A program made the translations under genes and the position numbers. From positions 1 to 64,000 of the IMG/VR virus record IMGVR_UViG_3300042868_008205: a stretch of DNA of 64,000 bases; one strand, written 5' to 3'. Of this stretch, positions 39,301 to 48,044 are shown piece after piece; within the stretch, counting starts at the first letter, position 1; the number at the start of each line of letters is the position of its first letter. Origin of the DNA: an uncultured virus (IMG/VR IMGVR_UViG_3300042868_008205). Taxonomy: Duplodnaviria; Heunggongvirae; Uroviricota; Caudoviricetes. The notes below the pieces were generated by a model. That model was not told the DNA's origin, made no database searches, and worked only from the letters and a program-made list of their open reading frames with translations.

Positions 39301-40614
39301 GTTTGAAGCCAATAGACTATTAAATTCTGTAACATAAGCATTTAAAAAACTAACCCCTTCTTCTCTTTTTGTCGGATTATCAATAAACTCTTGTTTAAAC
39401 ATATAAACCTCTTGACCACCACCTTTAAGTATTATTGGTTTTGGATTCATATAAATGTTAAACCAAGACTTGGGATTACCATATACTTCGTTAAAGTAAT
39501 TTTTTAGTGTTTCTTTATAAACCCTAATATTTGTCAATGGTTCAACATTAGCTTTGGGATATGTTTCGGCAATTGACTGCTCAAAAGTTTGAAGTTTACT
39601 CATCAATTGAGCTAATGTTAATTCTGGAAAATTAGGACTAATTAATCCTTTAGCCTTATATTCACTATAAACTTCGGCAATTTTTTGATATCCTCTTTCA
39701 GTTACTAACTCCGATGAAACATTATCGTTTGATATAGTAGACTGATTTCCTGATGCTTGGTCTATCAAATTCAATTGGGTTTGTATGGTTGGGCTTCCAC
39801 CGCCTTCAGGTGATGTTGGAGATTTGGAAATATTAAATGTGGTACTATACATGTGAGGAGCAGCAAGTAAATTACCCATTGAAATCTCATTTAAAATATT
39901 AAATTTATATCCAACAAACTCTAATTCAATTTGGTAATTACCACTAAATGTATTAAATCTTGCATTAAATTTTGTAAGATTTAATTGATATCTAATTGCT
40001 TGACCATAATAACCTTTTAACGTTAAATAAAAAGGACAATAAGGTAAGTTAAAAAATGCAGAATATGGTGAGTTATCTCCAAGTTGAAATAATGCTCTAC
40101 CTTGTACGTCTTCTAACGATATTGACACACTTGGAATAAATGAAGTATTTGTTTTTACATTAATACTTGTAATACCTAATAAACCATTGTCCGTCGCTTT
40201 TTCACCAGGGTCAGTAAGACTCATTTTTGAGTACGGACTAGTATTATCATTAGTGTTGATAATTTCTTCTTGCATTTGGTTTACCCCCAAACCATTCTTT
40301 GCTCCCTTACCTGTTAACTCATCATAATACCCTGTTGTTAAATGCGTTTCTTCTGTAGGTCTTAAAAAATTCATTTTAGCAACCGATATAGTTCTAATTC
40401 TATCTTGAGTGGTACCACCAACAGATAACTTAGTTCTTGGTATAACTTCCGCTTCTAAATTGGCAAACATAACCAATTTTTCATGGTCAACTAATCTTTC
40501 CCTAATATTTCCAAAGGCATCAATAGTTTTGTTGGGGTCAACTACAATAATGTTATTATAATCAAATTCCACTAATATGTTACCACTGTTGTCTCCTTGT
40601 ACGTTACCTGCCAT
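33355..40614 (-). CDS. Giant baseplate hub protein (gp27/VgrG/late-control-D-like) with C-terminal IPT/TIG domain
   Basis: 2419 aa; SYTCQVSCLGNALLQPTMYFNL...GPYFITDVSHVITPGSFQTTF hub-type motif; PRILTISPLTGVSGTILTITGVDF IPT motif. Confidence 0.65.
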   Translation of the reverse strand: MAGNVQGDNSGNILVEFDYNNIIVVDPNKTIDAFGNIRERLVDHEKLVMFANLEAEVIPRTKLSVGGTTQDRIRTISVAKMNFLRPTEETHLTTGYYDELTGKGAKNGLGVNQMQEEIINTNDNTSPYSKMSLTDPGEKATDNGLLGITSINVKTNTSFIPSVSISLEDVQGRALFQLGDNSPYSAFFNLPYCPFYLTLKGYYGQAIRYQLNLTKFNARFNTFSGNYQIELEFVGYKFNILNEISMGNLLAAPHMYSTTFNISKSPTSPEGGGSPTIQTQLNLIDQASGNQSTISNDNVSSELVTERGYQKIAEVYSEYKAKGLISPNFPELTLAQLMSKLQTFEQSIAETYPKANVEPLTNIRVYKETLKNYFNEVYGNPKSWFNIYMNPKPIILKGGGQEVYMFKQEFIDNPTKREEGVSFLNAYVTEFNSLLASNPTLGNLGQTPIKNSITYNTMIKDVSFTEIDVEKTTTSQTGILLPTTADIQSIDKYFKQIFRPSLVKEVSDSSTENTKINVIMPSAYIFETFKTLISNMETEANRKLSEYETTLSADLARKLEDSASGLGFIPTVRNMCAVIMASAEGFIRLLDEVHTKAWNVRYDPIRQLAILDNVSSAQGTDSLDKVNISEKSENENQGLVNSKIPVYPWPQFFVETPEDKKGRFQLRYIADPRNVDVTKGYLYDKWPEVEFVEEYMRGLTQKFNPPLAQSPIDSQNTTNIINFNAIEYPSEGIAYANKEEIKFFYEIWERQFLSSNYSGFIRGNANQLDQLSNLIISAETNNIITSLGVSSPFLTLKLKNYNITAQNYSVFLENISNQGTGRAYQDYIKDFYVTPYIKNLTENSFNILSLSDLGKEPQTSAKSDGLLQLVKNAPNDPIIIDTYPFTNPTWVSNNMSDSNSSTNNSVYNTTNVLTVFEDRNVIANFNSIYDYTKNRPVTNFSYLKVSNPSNEITNSFELDAFYNTRKDPTSFVPTEGYVNYLSPNKIIETETTTSMLNTPYFVNAIQNGVYNWRKNDPYPYTQAAYLFINSLPLATLREKYKTNAASSDLDYIASCFKKFGAIHKMPFAWVLKMGSIWHRYKTYKNTNVDILDSVWKDFDYKTNFDPILSSDTKTYTFKFDGVLPNEITLQNKSNDITKIQTGFYPKVINDFNVFYNGYDLYSGYTDSEIQASVDGGVKVFNFPTSNVSAVSSTTVGTTTTTEDLNIQTWSVVLPNGVADLTTNSAACTPSNNTTSLTYYVVPSFGTQINQVISECLNNGTSVCPFMDNPSIYNGSVRLLWAASNYGYFNNTQISKPQPDSYVNKITTGTTQQSAFKLKIDNDYSNIEEIFSVFDKSILDKLEQEFLNFCKPISNIDLGPQIIVPVGVSPADPNVFFKNFQYLFRNLMEINSNDGSLTNEQYFNSVGQTQLITFSNTVKSFMEYDVILKYGNPADYNRRVMASYIVHVGGNNAIDSPIFFNPYIKNSLPSILNTTSVATSKSNNTVAWRALETEVGFSTITNLQYTDSGSYITDFFIDSNIEFTEANVVLCAPLIKMFATQKLYSPTLTSVEFGTNLQTYLGLTTDFQNIILNGLLTNIRRDLPDQQQLPERTIQTVIDGQQSKVENYEVFKALNDKWVAGSDYTTKTLFEDIMFLDRASRNIGDTIIVDIFDFKNILNENSLNMEMSVFTFMSGFLIKNKFNVMPLPAYVNFYNIQDVDGTTIPQANGQLEFADNMWGTFLNVDYRNSSPKMICFYVGQPSTHLDLPKGNSRFRDDAFELRRASDNPLIEDQTTKKDWAVSNKCVGFNVDIGNRNQGVFYSFQVGMESGKATSETIQTQLNMVDQANGRNVATQNVSLYNLYKQRSYTCQVSCLGNALLQPTMYFNLRHVPMFNGPYFITDVSHVITPGSFQTTFGGVRQGIYNLPSIDSFLQSINQNLLTKVEAIIKNRKDSVTAKAITNVNKSKYVSQVGDSTAAAQNSCSSNLAVAYETWGDAQSSVTTSINQTEFVTELQKKTLNPQLQVLIYLICYAKTFNTGKFYGYNNNYANITLTTDYGTNSNYFSNKKYSCVNISNSTDKPTSQPVANFDNIGKFFDFMISKLSSNVDRVYNTTTGLGLTKYYVCYWPVSNVSEDYFDSHISEYTKLQSTFDKGFKSAGDAGLNVDSAGQLKTQTTRNSQTIQQQLNTVNQSSNCLPPRILTISPLTGVSGTILTITGVDFENITGITINNVLTTTGITVNSSTNLNVVVPYTNNGLTNAQKNLIIVSGVNGIGRSVTLFTYDPAQVTPVPKNSKNTNTQPQQTGPVTLIGETEILIRDLTGKLTVSVNPQAAALNTWTLEQNVDMIVAVFDTSIVNNVRRETINRSVPLVISNYVSGNVFTITRNDVADILINNPVPEFKTNFLKDGQTVDIQFIVTAVPTNKTLNPQNVPQTFNFKFI

Positions 40615-40927
40615 AATAATAGAAATAGTTTGTTAAAGATGTTTTATAATCTTGTAATGAAGGTAGTAGAGGATAAGGAATAATCAATACCGCACCATCA
40701 TATATGTTATTCTCTAAACCTCCAAATTCGGGGTTTGCTTGTAATATTAACCATCCAAAATAAGGTGAGTTGTAGAACTCTTGAGAAACAACATCTAATC
40801 TACTTCTAGCAACTTTATAGATATAAGTTTTGTCAGTTGTTTTTTGTGGTAATTGTACAAAAGGTACTACAGTTTGTTCACCGTTAATTAAGAAGTCACT
40901 ATATCTATTCCAATATTGATATGCCAT
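40604..40927 (-). CDS. Baseplate protein (gp53/LysM/Tail_X-like)
   Basis: SRLDVVSQEFYNSPYFGWLILQANP...GAVLIIP. Confidence 0.82.
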   Translation of the reverse strand: MAYQYWNRYSDFLINGEQTVVPFVQLPQKTTDKTYIYKVARSRLDVVSQEFYNSPYFGWLILQANPEFGGLENNIYDGAVLIIPYPLLPSLQDYKTSLTNYFYYYGR

Positions 40928-43900
40928 TAGTTAAGTTTTGCTTTAGATATGAATACGTCTGTAGAATTTTCATCGTTCCACGTTTTATTGTTTGTATTTT
41001 GGTTTGCCGTGGCACCTAAACCTTTTATTAATTTTTGTTGTGAGTCGGTATTTGCACCTACAGTAGTATAAGTAAAGGTTCTTTTCTTTTTAAGAGTAAA
41101 TGGAGTGTATTTTAAGAAAGTTTTTAATCTATCTTTTTCCATAACATTCTCAATGAAATCTTTAGTAATCGCATTCTCTTCATCGAATACGGGTTTAACC
41201 GCTACCCTATCTTTATTACCGTCTTTCCAATATTCATCAAACTTTTTACTAATATATTTATTGTCAGCTTTATTAAATAAATCTGAATTGTCAATAACAT
41301 TTTTAATTAATGCATCTTTAAATGTCGCATATTTTGTGGCGTCAGTAATATTGTCTGAAATAATCATGTAAACTCTTCTAAAAATACGACCTTTATTAGT
41401 ATCACCAAATAATGAGTTTTTACTAAACGGTATAAAAACATCTTTAGTTTTAACGGTATTTGGTTCTTTAAAAACTAAGGTTCCTGTAAATCCAGTTCCT
41501 TTGTAAACAAAACTAGTTGCACTCCAAATAATTGTATTAAAATCGGTTATACCACTACTAATTACGCCAACATCATTCTTAAGTTCATCAAAAGTATTTG
41601 TTACTCCTTCAGAACTTGGGTTAACTTCTGTAGTTCCTGATATAAGATAAGAAACCACTTTACCATCTTTTATTTGATATCCATCGGTTCCTGTACCAGG
41701 ATATGCTGGTACCGTATATGTTATAGTATTTACCCTTCCAATATATCCTATATAACTTTGTTGAACGGCAACCATACCATTTGCAATGTTAGTTACCGCA
41801 TTTTGAAATACACTTTTTTTATTTTTAACAAAATTTAAATAATTATCTTTAACTTGGTTAATCAGACGATTTGTAAAATCATTTTTATTTTCTTTTAGAA
41901 ACTCAATAAACCCTTCATTTTCATTTTCAATATCCTCAATTAATTGAGTGAATATTTCATCAGTTCTTTTTTCTAAATTATATGGTTTACCAAATAAAAC
42001 TGTATCGGTTGCTTTAGTTTGTAAAAACTCACCATCTTGATACGTTCTTTCCATCATCCATTGTTGACGAACCGCATTATTATATTGACTTAAAGCTTCT
42101 TTGTTTTTATTAACAACATTGGTAAAATATGTTTGAGTCTCTTCAACAACTTTATCCATGAATATATTATAGTTAATCGTACCTGTTTGACTAGTACCAC
42201 TTGCAATATTGCTTGTAACGGCACCAATTGTCGAATTATTATTTTGACCATTTTGAACCGCCGCCTGATTTAAAGTTGGAGGTTGAACACCATTTTCAAT
42301 TGCATATTTTAAGAAATCTTTGTCAATTACTTTATAACTTAAATCTGTTGCATCAGCCCTATCATCATACATTTCAGTGTTTGCATAATAATTAAACGTT
42401 AACGCATTTTGTAATCTGTCCACAGATTCTTTTAATCCACTACCTCCAACAAAATCAAAAGATAAAGTTACGTTAGCAATCATTGGTTGTACACCAATAC
42501 CTTCAGGGTTAAGGTCTAAATCCTCGTATGCTAAAGTTAATCCTTTTGGGATAATTTTTGTATTATAAAAATCTCCAACCCTTAGAACTAATACGGGTGG
42601 TGCCCCAAATGATGTGTTTGTTGCGTTTTCATAATCATTAGTTATTTTACCATTAACCGTTTTAACCGTAGGTATTGTATCACCAGGTCTCATACATTGT
42701 TGTAAGAAAGTTAATCTTGAATTAAGACCTTCAGGTGTGATTGAATGGAATGCTGGTTGAAAGAATTTTAACTTATCTCTAAGGTTATCATAAACCATAG
42801 GAGTGTCTTGTTTAATTGTTTCAAAATAATCACATTCTGATAATAATGACCTTAAAACTCGTTTACTAATATTATCTCTACTAACAACTTGAGTTTCAAG
42901 GGTGTTTTGCGTTTCTGTGGTTGTAACAACTGTACCAACTAACTTAGGTGGTATTATTGGGGCAGGAGGACTATAAAAATCAATCGTATCAATAAAGGCT
43001 CTTCTACATGCCATTGCATTTGTTGTATATATCTCTTTACTCTTTTTTTGACTATCACTATCAGTACAAGTTACAACTTTTTTTGGAAAGAATTCCGTTG
43101 TTTTAGTATCATATGATAATGGTTGAGCACTTTCACCTAAAGCACCACCAACTTTAACTATTAATCTTTGTGGTGTACCTGTAACATATTTAGTTAATTT
43201 TGTATTACCTGTTATAAATGTAATTGCAGAATCAATTCTTCTTCCAGATAACGCTATATTATATTCGTTTGTCGCAGCAGCAGATGCATTAGCATTAATT
43301 ACAATTGTAATTATTCCTGTAAGGTTATTAGTAAGTTGTTTATCTATTTCATCTATTAATTCCCCAAACTTTTTTTTGTTTGGAATTATAACACTATCAA
43401 AAAATGATGTTGTCTGTTCTGCAGTATTAGGAGATTGGTCTTTATAATATGTTTTTGTTTGTTCGCTAACATATATGTCATAAAGACTGTCATAATCCAC
43501 GCTAGTTTTTGCTGGAATATCGTTGTCAAAATAAAGTCCCATTTGTTCATAACCATTAAAGATTGTATTAATAGACTCACCATCACTTGATACTTGGGCG
43601 GAATTATCTAACCCTTTAAGACTATATTCTATTTGTTCTTTAGTTAGTTCTTTTGAAGTTATTGCTTGTTGTAGTTGAAATAAATCATTTGGACTAATTG
43701 TGTAATATTTTTTAGCAAGTTCATATAAATCGTATTTTCTACATCCTGCAAAGAATGATTCTAAAATACTATCAATTCTAACTTTATTTGTTTCATTACC
43801 CAATACTTTATTAACAATTACATTCAAGACAGATGGATGGTCAACCACTATTTTCCAAGTTAAACTACCTGACCTACTTGTATTTTTATAAGTATAAATT

Positions 43901-45969
43901 GGCTCTGGCCTTCCAATAAAATCACTTTGATTCCAATTGGGGGTTACAGTTTCGCTAAAAACTAATCCGTATGGTGGGAACCACATAACTCTACCGCCAT
44001 TAGGTCCTCTTTCACAAACAGGTAAATCAGATACCGCAAAACCAGGCGTGTTTGAGGTTACCCAAGCTAAATTCTCAATTGAGAACATATATTTTTTAGC
44101 GTAAGCGGTATCATAACTTCCAATTAAATTGGTTGAATCTTGTCCTCCTTCTTGTTTGTTTGGTGCAATATTAAGGTTATATGTTTTATCTAATACTGAA
44201 TATGAGAATCTTCTACCTTCTGTAACAACTCCATCTTGTTTTTGTAAGTCATTATATTGTAAATAAGGAGTATCTTTAGCAAATACTCTACAATATTCAG
44301 TTCCAACTTCTTGTCCAATAGAACCAACATAACTTAATACTCTTGAACCTTTGGTTATTTCTTTATAACCATCGTGGAATACTTTACTAACTTGGTCAAT
44401 TGCATTACCAACGTGTTGTAATCTTTTACCTCCTTCAGGTTGACTATTAATAATTCTTTGAGTATCATCTAAGATTGAACCTTCTTTAAAAGTTCTTTCA
44501 GTTGACTCTGTTGTATTGTATGATGATGGTTTAAAATCAGAATCTTCTCCAGTAATTTCTCCACCAACACCTACCTTCTTTCCTGCATTACCTTTGTATT
44601 TTGGTGAAACCCATGTGAAACCACCTTCAATACCACCACCATTACTATAGGTAGGACCATTAGCACCTAAACGAATATCCTTACTTGGACCTTCATATAA
44701 TTGAGCTAATTCGTGTGGACCATAAACAGGTGATTGTTGTTCATTACCAAACGCATCAACAGGTAATGCTCTACTTGGAGAGAATACTCTTGACGGGTCA
44801 GATGATATTGAACCAACATAAAAATTAGAATTATTTGTACTTGTACCAACAATTGCTCCACCTAATCTATCAAGTAATGTTCTATCATAATCAGGTTTGT
44901 ATTTGTTGTAATTTATGTTTTTCCATAAAATAGATTTTTGACCTTGACCTGTATTATTATAAAATATTTGAGAACCTGTCTTACCCGCACCTAATAATTT
45001 ATTTACGAAATTACCTACAGCTGAAAGCGGATTAGCCAACAAAGATTGTTGTATTGTCGTTGGTGAAGGAGGATTAATATTAGGGTCAAAATATGAACCA
45101 GGTATTAATGAAAACGGAATAACACTACCACCTAATCTAAGTAAGAAGTCGGCGGATGCGGTTATTGGATTTGAAGGTACTGTAATCTGATAGTTAGGTT
45201 CGATTAACGGAACCCTACCTGTTAAAATGTTAGTAACATTAGTACTACTATTAACATTTAATATATTTGCTCGTCCAAGTGTTCGTCTTAATGTTTCTCT
45301 ACCAATTCTATCTTCAAATTCTTTTTTAAGTGTCTTTGCACCTAATCTTGCTATAAAGGAATCACTACTTAATAATCCATTACTACCCGTTGGGTCTGGA
45401 TTTAATAAAATTGATAATGGAGTATATGATGAAGAATTAAATGTTGTTGGGTAAGGTTGGGAAGTATATAAATTTCTTGTACCTCCAGGAATTGAATTTG
45501 AAACTACGTCTAATTGGTCAAAAAATATACCAGCATCTAAATCTATTAAATTAGCATTTGAACCTTGACTACCAATTGGACCATAAACATTAAGACCTAA
45601 ATATGGACGAACGTTATTACCCCATCCAACAAATGCTGACCTGTTAGCTTGGTTTATAATATAGGCATCTTGTTGACCTGGTCCATATTCACCTTGATTT
45701 GAAAATGCGTTAGTTAATCCATTTGGGTCTGGAACTTGTTTAAATCCCCCATCCGAACCCCATCTATTTAATGGATATAAACCATTTGCAAATGTTGGGT
45801 TATCTATTAATCCATCAGGACTATCAATAACCGCTAAGTCGGATTGAATTACCTCATATGTGATTGGGGGCGTAGCTTTATATGGAGATTTAGCATATGG
45901 TACCAAATTTCTTGTTATAAGTTTTTTTCTAAAAACTTCGCTGCTAATATAATCTAACGGACTTGCCAT
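40927..45969 (-). CDS. Large baseplate/tail-tube initiator-like protein with inserted OmpA-like domain
   Basis: WNQSDFIGRPEPIYTYKNTSRSGSLTW and PPVLVLRVGDFY (tube-initiator type); ASAAATNEYNIALSGRRIDSA (OmpA_C-like). Confidence 0.6.
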   Translation of the reverse strand: MASPLDYISSEVFRKKLITRNLVPYAKSPYKATPPITYEVIQSDLAVIDSPDGLIDNPTFANGLYPLNRWGSDGGFKQVPDPNGLTNAFSNQGEYGPGQQDAYIINQANRSAFVGWGNNVRPYLGLNVYGPIGSQGSNANLIDLDAGIFFDQLDVVSNSIPGGTRNLYTSQPYPTTFNSSSYTPLSILLNPDPTGSNGLLSSDSFIARLGAKTLKKEFEDRIGRETLRRTLGRANILNVNSSTNVTNILTGRVPLIEPNYQITVPSNPITASADFLLRLGGSVIPFSLIPGSYFDPNINPPSPTTIQQSLLANPLSAVGNFVNKLLGAGKTGSQIFYNNTGQGQKSILWKNINYNKYKPDYDRTLLDRLGGAIVGTSTNNSNFYVGSISSDPSRVFSPSRALPVDAFGNEQQSPVYGPHELAQLYEGPSKDIRLGANGPTYSNGGGIEGGFTWVSPKYKGNAGKKVGVGGEITGEDSDFKPSSYNTTESTERTFKEGSILDDTQRIINSQPEGGKRLQHVGNAIDQVSKVFHDGYKEITKGSRVLSYVGSIGQEVGTEYCRVFAKDTPYLQYNDLQKQDGVVTEGRRFSYSVLDKTYNLNIAPNKQEGGQDSTNLIGSYDTAYAKKYMFSIENLAWVTSNTPGFAVSDLPVCERGPNGGRVMWFPPYGLVFSETVTPNWNQSDFIGRPEPIYTYKNTSRSGSLTWKIVVDHPSVLNVIVNKVLGNETNKVRIDSILESFFAGCRKYDLYELAKKYYTISPNDLFQLQQAITSKELTKEQIEYSLKGLDNSAQVSSDGESINTIFNGYEQMGLYFDNDIPAKTSVDYDSLYDIYVSEQTKTYYKDQSPNTAEQTTSFFDSVIIPNKKKFGELIDEIDKQLTNNLTGIITIVINANASAAATNEYNIALSGRRIDSAITFITGNTKLTKYVTGTPQRLIVKVGGALGESAQPLSYDTKTTEFFPKKVVTCTDSDSQKKSKEIYTTNAMACRRAFIDTIDFYSPPAPIIPPKLVGTVVTTTETQNTLETQVVSRDNISKRVLRSLLSECDYFETIKQDTPMVYDNLRDKLKFFQPAFHSITPEGLNSRLTFLQQCMRPGDTIPTVKTVNGKITNDYENATNTSFGAPPVLVLRVGDFYNTKIIPKGLTLAYEDLDLNPEGIGVQPMIANVTLSFDFVGGSGLKESVDRLQNALTFNYYANTEMYDDRADATDLSYKVIDKDFLKYAIENGVQPPTLNQAAVQNGQNNNSTIGAVTSNIASGTSQTGTINYNIFMDKVVEETQTYFTNVVNKNKEALSQYNNAVRQQWMMERTYQDGEFLQTKATDTVLFGKPYNLEKRTDEIFTQLIEDIENENEGFIEFLKENKNDFTNRLINQVKDNYLNFVKNKKSVFQNAVTNIANGMVAVQQSYIGYIGRVNTITYTVPAYPGTGTDGYQIKDGKVVSYLISGTTEVNPSSEGVTNTFDELKNDVGVISSGITDFNTIIWSATSFVYKGTGFTGTLVFKEPNTVKTKDVFIPFSKNSLFGDTNKGRIFRRVYMIISDNITDATKYATFKDALIKNVIDNSDLFNKADNKYISKKFDEYWKDGNKDRVAVKPVFDEENAITKDFIENVMEKDRLKTFLKYTPFTLKKKRTFTYTTVGANTDSQQKLIKGLGATANQNTNNKTWNDENSTDVFISKAKLN

Positions 45970-46016
45970 TTATGTTTTATCTATAAATAGATTGATGACT
46001 TTTTTTTATGAATTAT

Positions 46017-47846
46017 TTATTTTTGTTCTAAGGCCTTTGCAGTATCTTCGTAATATTTGTAAATCATTTTTTTAAAAGCAGGAGTTTCAAAATATTCAGT
46101 AAATTGTTGTTGACTAACTCCAGCAGGTGCTTCAACCTTAATAGTAATAGTTCCACCAAAATCAATTTGAGAATTAACACTTTTTGAATTACTTGTTGTT
46201 GGTTCAGAACTATTAGGTTTATTTGACTTAAATACACTTTCATAAGATATTGGTTCAATTTTTCCTGTATTAGATTTGGTTGTTTCAACCTTTGAATTTA
46301 CACTATCTATTGAATCCACAATCTCTTTAGCCATTTCTCTATATTCTTTTTCGATACCACTTGTTCCTGTAACTTTTTTTGCACTTTTTTCAATCATATC
46401 TTTAAGAGTTTCTAAACCTTTTGAACCTAATCCAGTTGCTTTATCTTTAATATCCTTTTCAATTGATTCTAATTTCTTAGTAAAAGTCGCATTATCAATT
46501 TTACCACTATCTTTTGATATGTATAAATCACGTATTTTATCAATACCTGCAGTTAATGTTTCTGCAATTTTTTTACTTTCAGGTACTTTACTATTAATTG
46601 CACCTGAAATTGATGTTGCGATTCTTCCTGCTCCTCTAACATTACCTTCAATATATTTTGAAGACGCAACACCGAAGGTTCCTTTAGCTGCAATTGATTT
46701 TACATCCGCAACAAGTATATCTAAATCCGCCAATTGACTTCTTTGAATATCTTCAACTGTTTTTGGAGCATCTCTTTGTTGTTTAATTAATTCATCAAAT
46801 TCTTCTTGATTAAGGTTTTGTAGTTCTTTTGTAACACCATCTTTCAATTCCACTTCATATTTACCACCTTTACCCATTTTGGCAATATTTGCTAAATATT
46901 GTTTATCTTCCTCATTTTCAAACTTTAATCCCGCCATACTAACATCAGATAATCTTTTATCTAATTCTGCAGCTGCTAATCCCATTTTACTCATTTCCTT
47001 AGCACTAACACCTGTTTGGTCTTCCATCGCTTTTAAGGTTAAAACGCCTTGTGGATTTATTTTAAATGAATTTGTTTCCTCGTCAAAATATGTAAATTGT
47101 TTTGCAACTTCAGATAAACTTGTTTGTAATCCAGATGGGTCATTAATTGAGGCATTCATTAAAGCAAATGGGTCAGTTAAATTACCAACTGAAACACCTA
47201 ATCTTTGAAATGCCGCTGCCGTCTCAATTGCCCCTTCAGGGTCTAAAACTTTATCTGCTAAAGTAAAAGTTTGTTGCATATCAAACCTTAACATAGATGC
47301 TTGAGCCGCCATCTTAGTTAAACCAGCGACACCTCCTTCAAATTGAAAACGATTCATTTGACCCATATTATAGGTAACATCTTTCATTACCGTATTAGCA
47401 TTCATTCCAACACTTCTAATATAGTCAATTGAAGTTTCTATATTTGGTCCAATTTGAGATGTTTCATACCCTACGTCAGCAAAGTTACTAACTAAATCTC
47501 TTGCACTTGTACCCAATATTTTGGAAGATGCGTATAGTTTACTAACTTGTTCTTCAGTTGCAATAACATTTCTTCTTGAACCTTCAGCAATACCCGCAAT
47601 TGTTTCAGAAACGTTACCAATTTCCCCTCCTAATCTAAGAACACCAGCTGCTGCGTTTGCCACAGCTCTGTCCATTTCTTGTAGTCTTGTCTTCCCATCA
47701 ACAAATGCCCGATTAAGTGAATCGGCCTGTGTAATCATATCATCCAATGATTTTATTATCTTCTCAATTGGGCTAGTCCAACTGTCTAATTCACTTTTGA
47801 GTTTATTAGCAGAATCGGCTGAGTCGTCTAAACTTAATTGCTCCAT
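46017..47846 (-). CDS. Tape measure protein (putative)
   Basis: 609-aa helical Ala/Lys-rich protein directly downstream of the tail tube and chaperone genes. Confidence 0.7.
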   Translation of the reverse strand: MEQLSLDDSADSANKLKSELDSWTSPIEKIIKSLDDMITQADSLNRAFVDGKTRLQEMDRAVANAAAGVLRLGGEIGNVSETIAGIAEGSRRNVIATEEQVSKLYASSKILGTSARDLVSNFADVGYETSQIGPNIETSIDYIRSVGMNANTVMKDVTYNMGQMNRFQFEGGVAGLTKMAAQASMLRFDMQQTFTLADKVLDPEGAIETAAAFQRLGVSVGNLTDPFALMNASINDPSGLQTSLSEVAKQFTYFDEETNSFKINPQGVLTLKAMEDQTGVSAKEMSKMGLAAAELDKRLSDVSMAGLKFENEEDKQYLANIAKMGKGGKYEVELKDGVTKELQNLNQEEFDELIKQQRDAPKTVEDIQRSQLADLDILVADVKSIAAKGTFGVASSKYIEGNVRGAGRIATSISGAINSKVPESKKIAETLTAGIDKIRDLYISKDSGKIDNATFTKKLESIEKDIKDKATGLGSKGLETLKDMIEKSAKKVTGTSGIEKEYREMAKEIVDSIDSVNSKVETTKSNTGKIEPISYESVFKSNKPNSSEPTTSNSKSVNSQIDFGGTITIKVEAPAGVSQQQFTEYFETPAFKKMIYKYYEDTAKALEQK

Positions 47847-47872
47847 ATTATTTTAGGTTTCTATATAAATAG

Positions 47873-47900
47873 AAGAAGGACTATTTTTTTAGTCCTTCTT
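47873..47900 (-). terminator. 11-bp hairpin over the stop codon of the chaperone extension ORF
   Basis: AAGAAGGACTA/TAGTCCTTCTT; weak U-tail; directly before a TATTTATA motif. Confidence 0.55.
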
Positions 47901-48044
47901 ATTGTCTTCAATCCATTTATCAAGTAAATATTTTCTAATAAAAATAGGCATTCTTTCAAAATCTTGATATGTTATTTTCATTAATGTGTTCAGGTAGTAA
48001 AATTCATCTACCTGTCCCTTTCTATAATCAGAAGAAAGGGCGAA
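47889..48044 (-). CDS. Tail chaperone C-terminal extension (gpT / gp51-like), +1 frame, probably reached by frameshifting
   Basis: Not in the track. FALSSDYRKGQVDEFYYLNTLMKITYQDFERMPIFIRKYLLDKWIEDNKKD*; first ATG only at 47981. Confidence 0.7.
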   Translation of the reverse strand, partial: FALSSDYRKGQVDEFYYLNTLMKITYQDFERMPIFIRKYLLDKWIEDNKKD

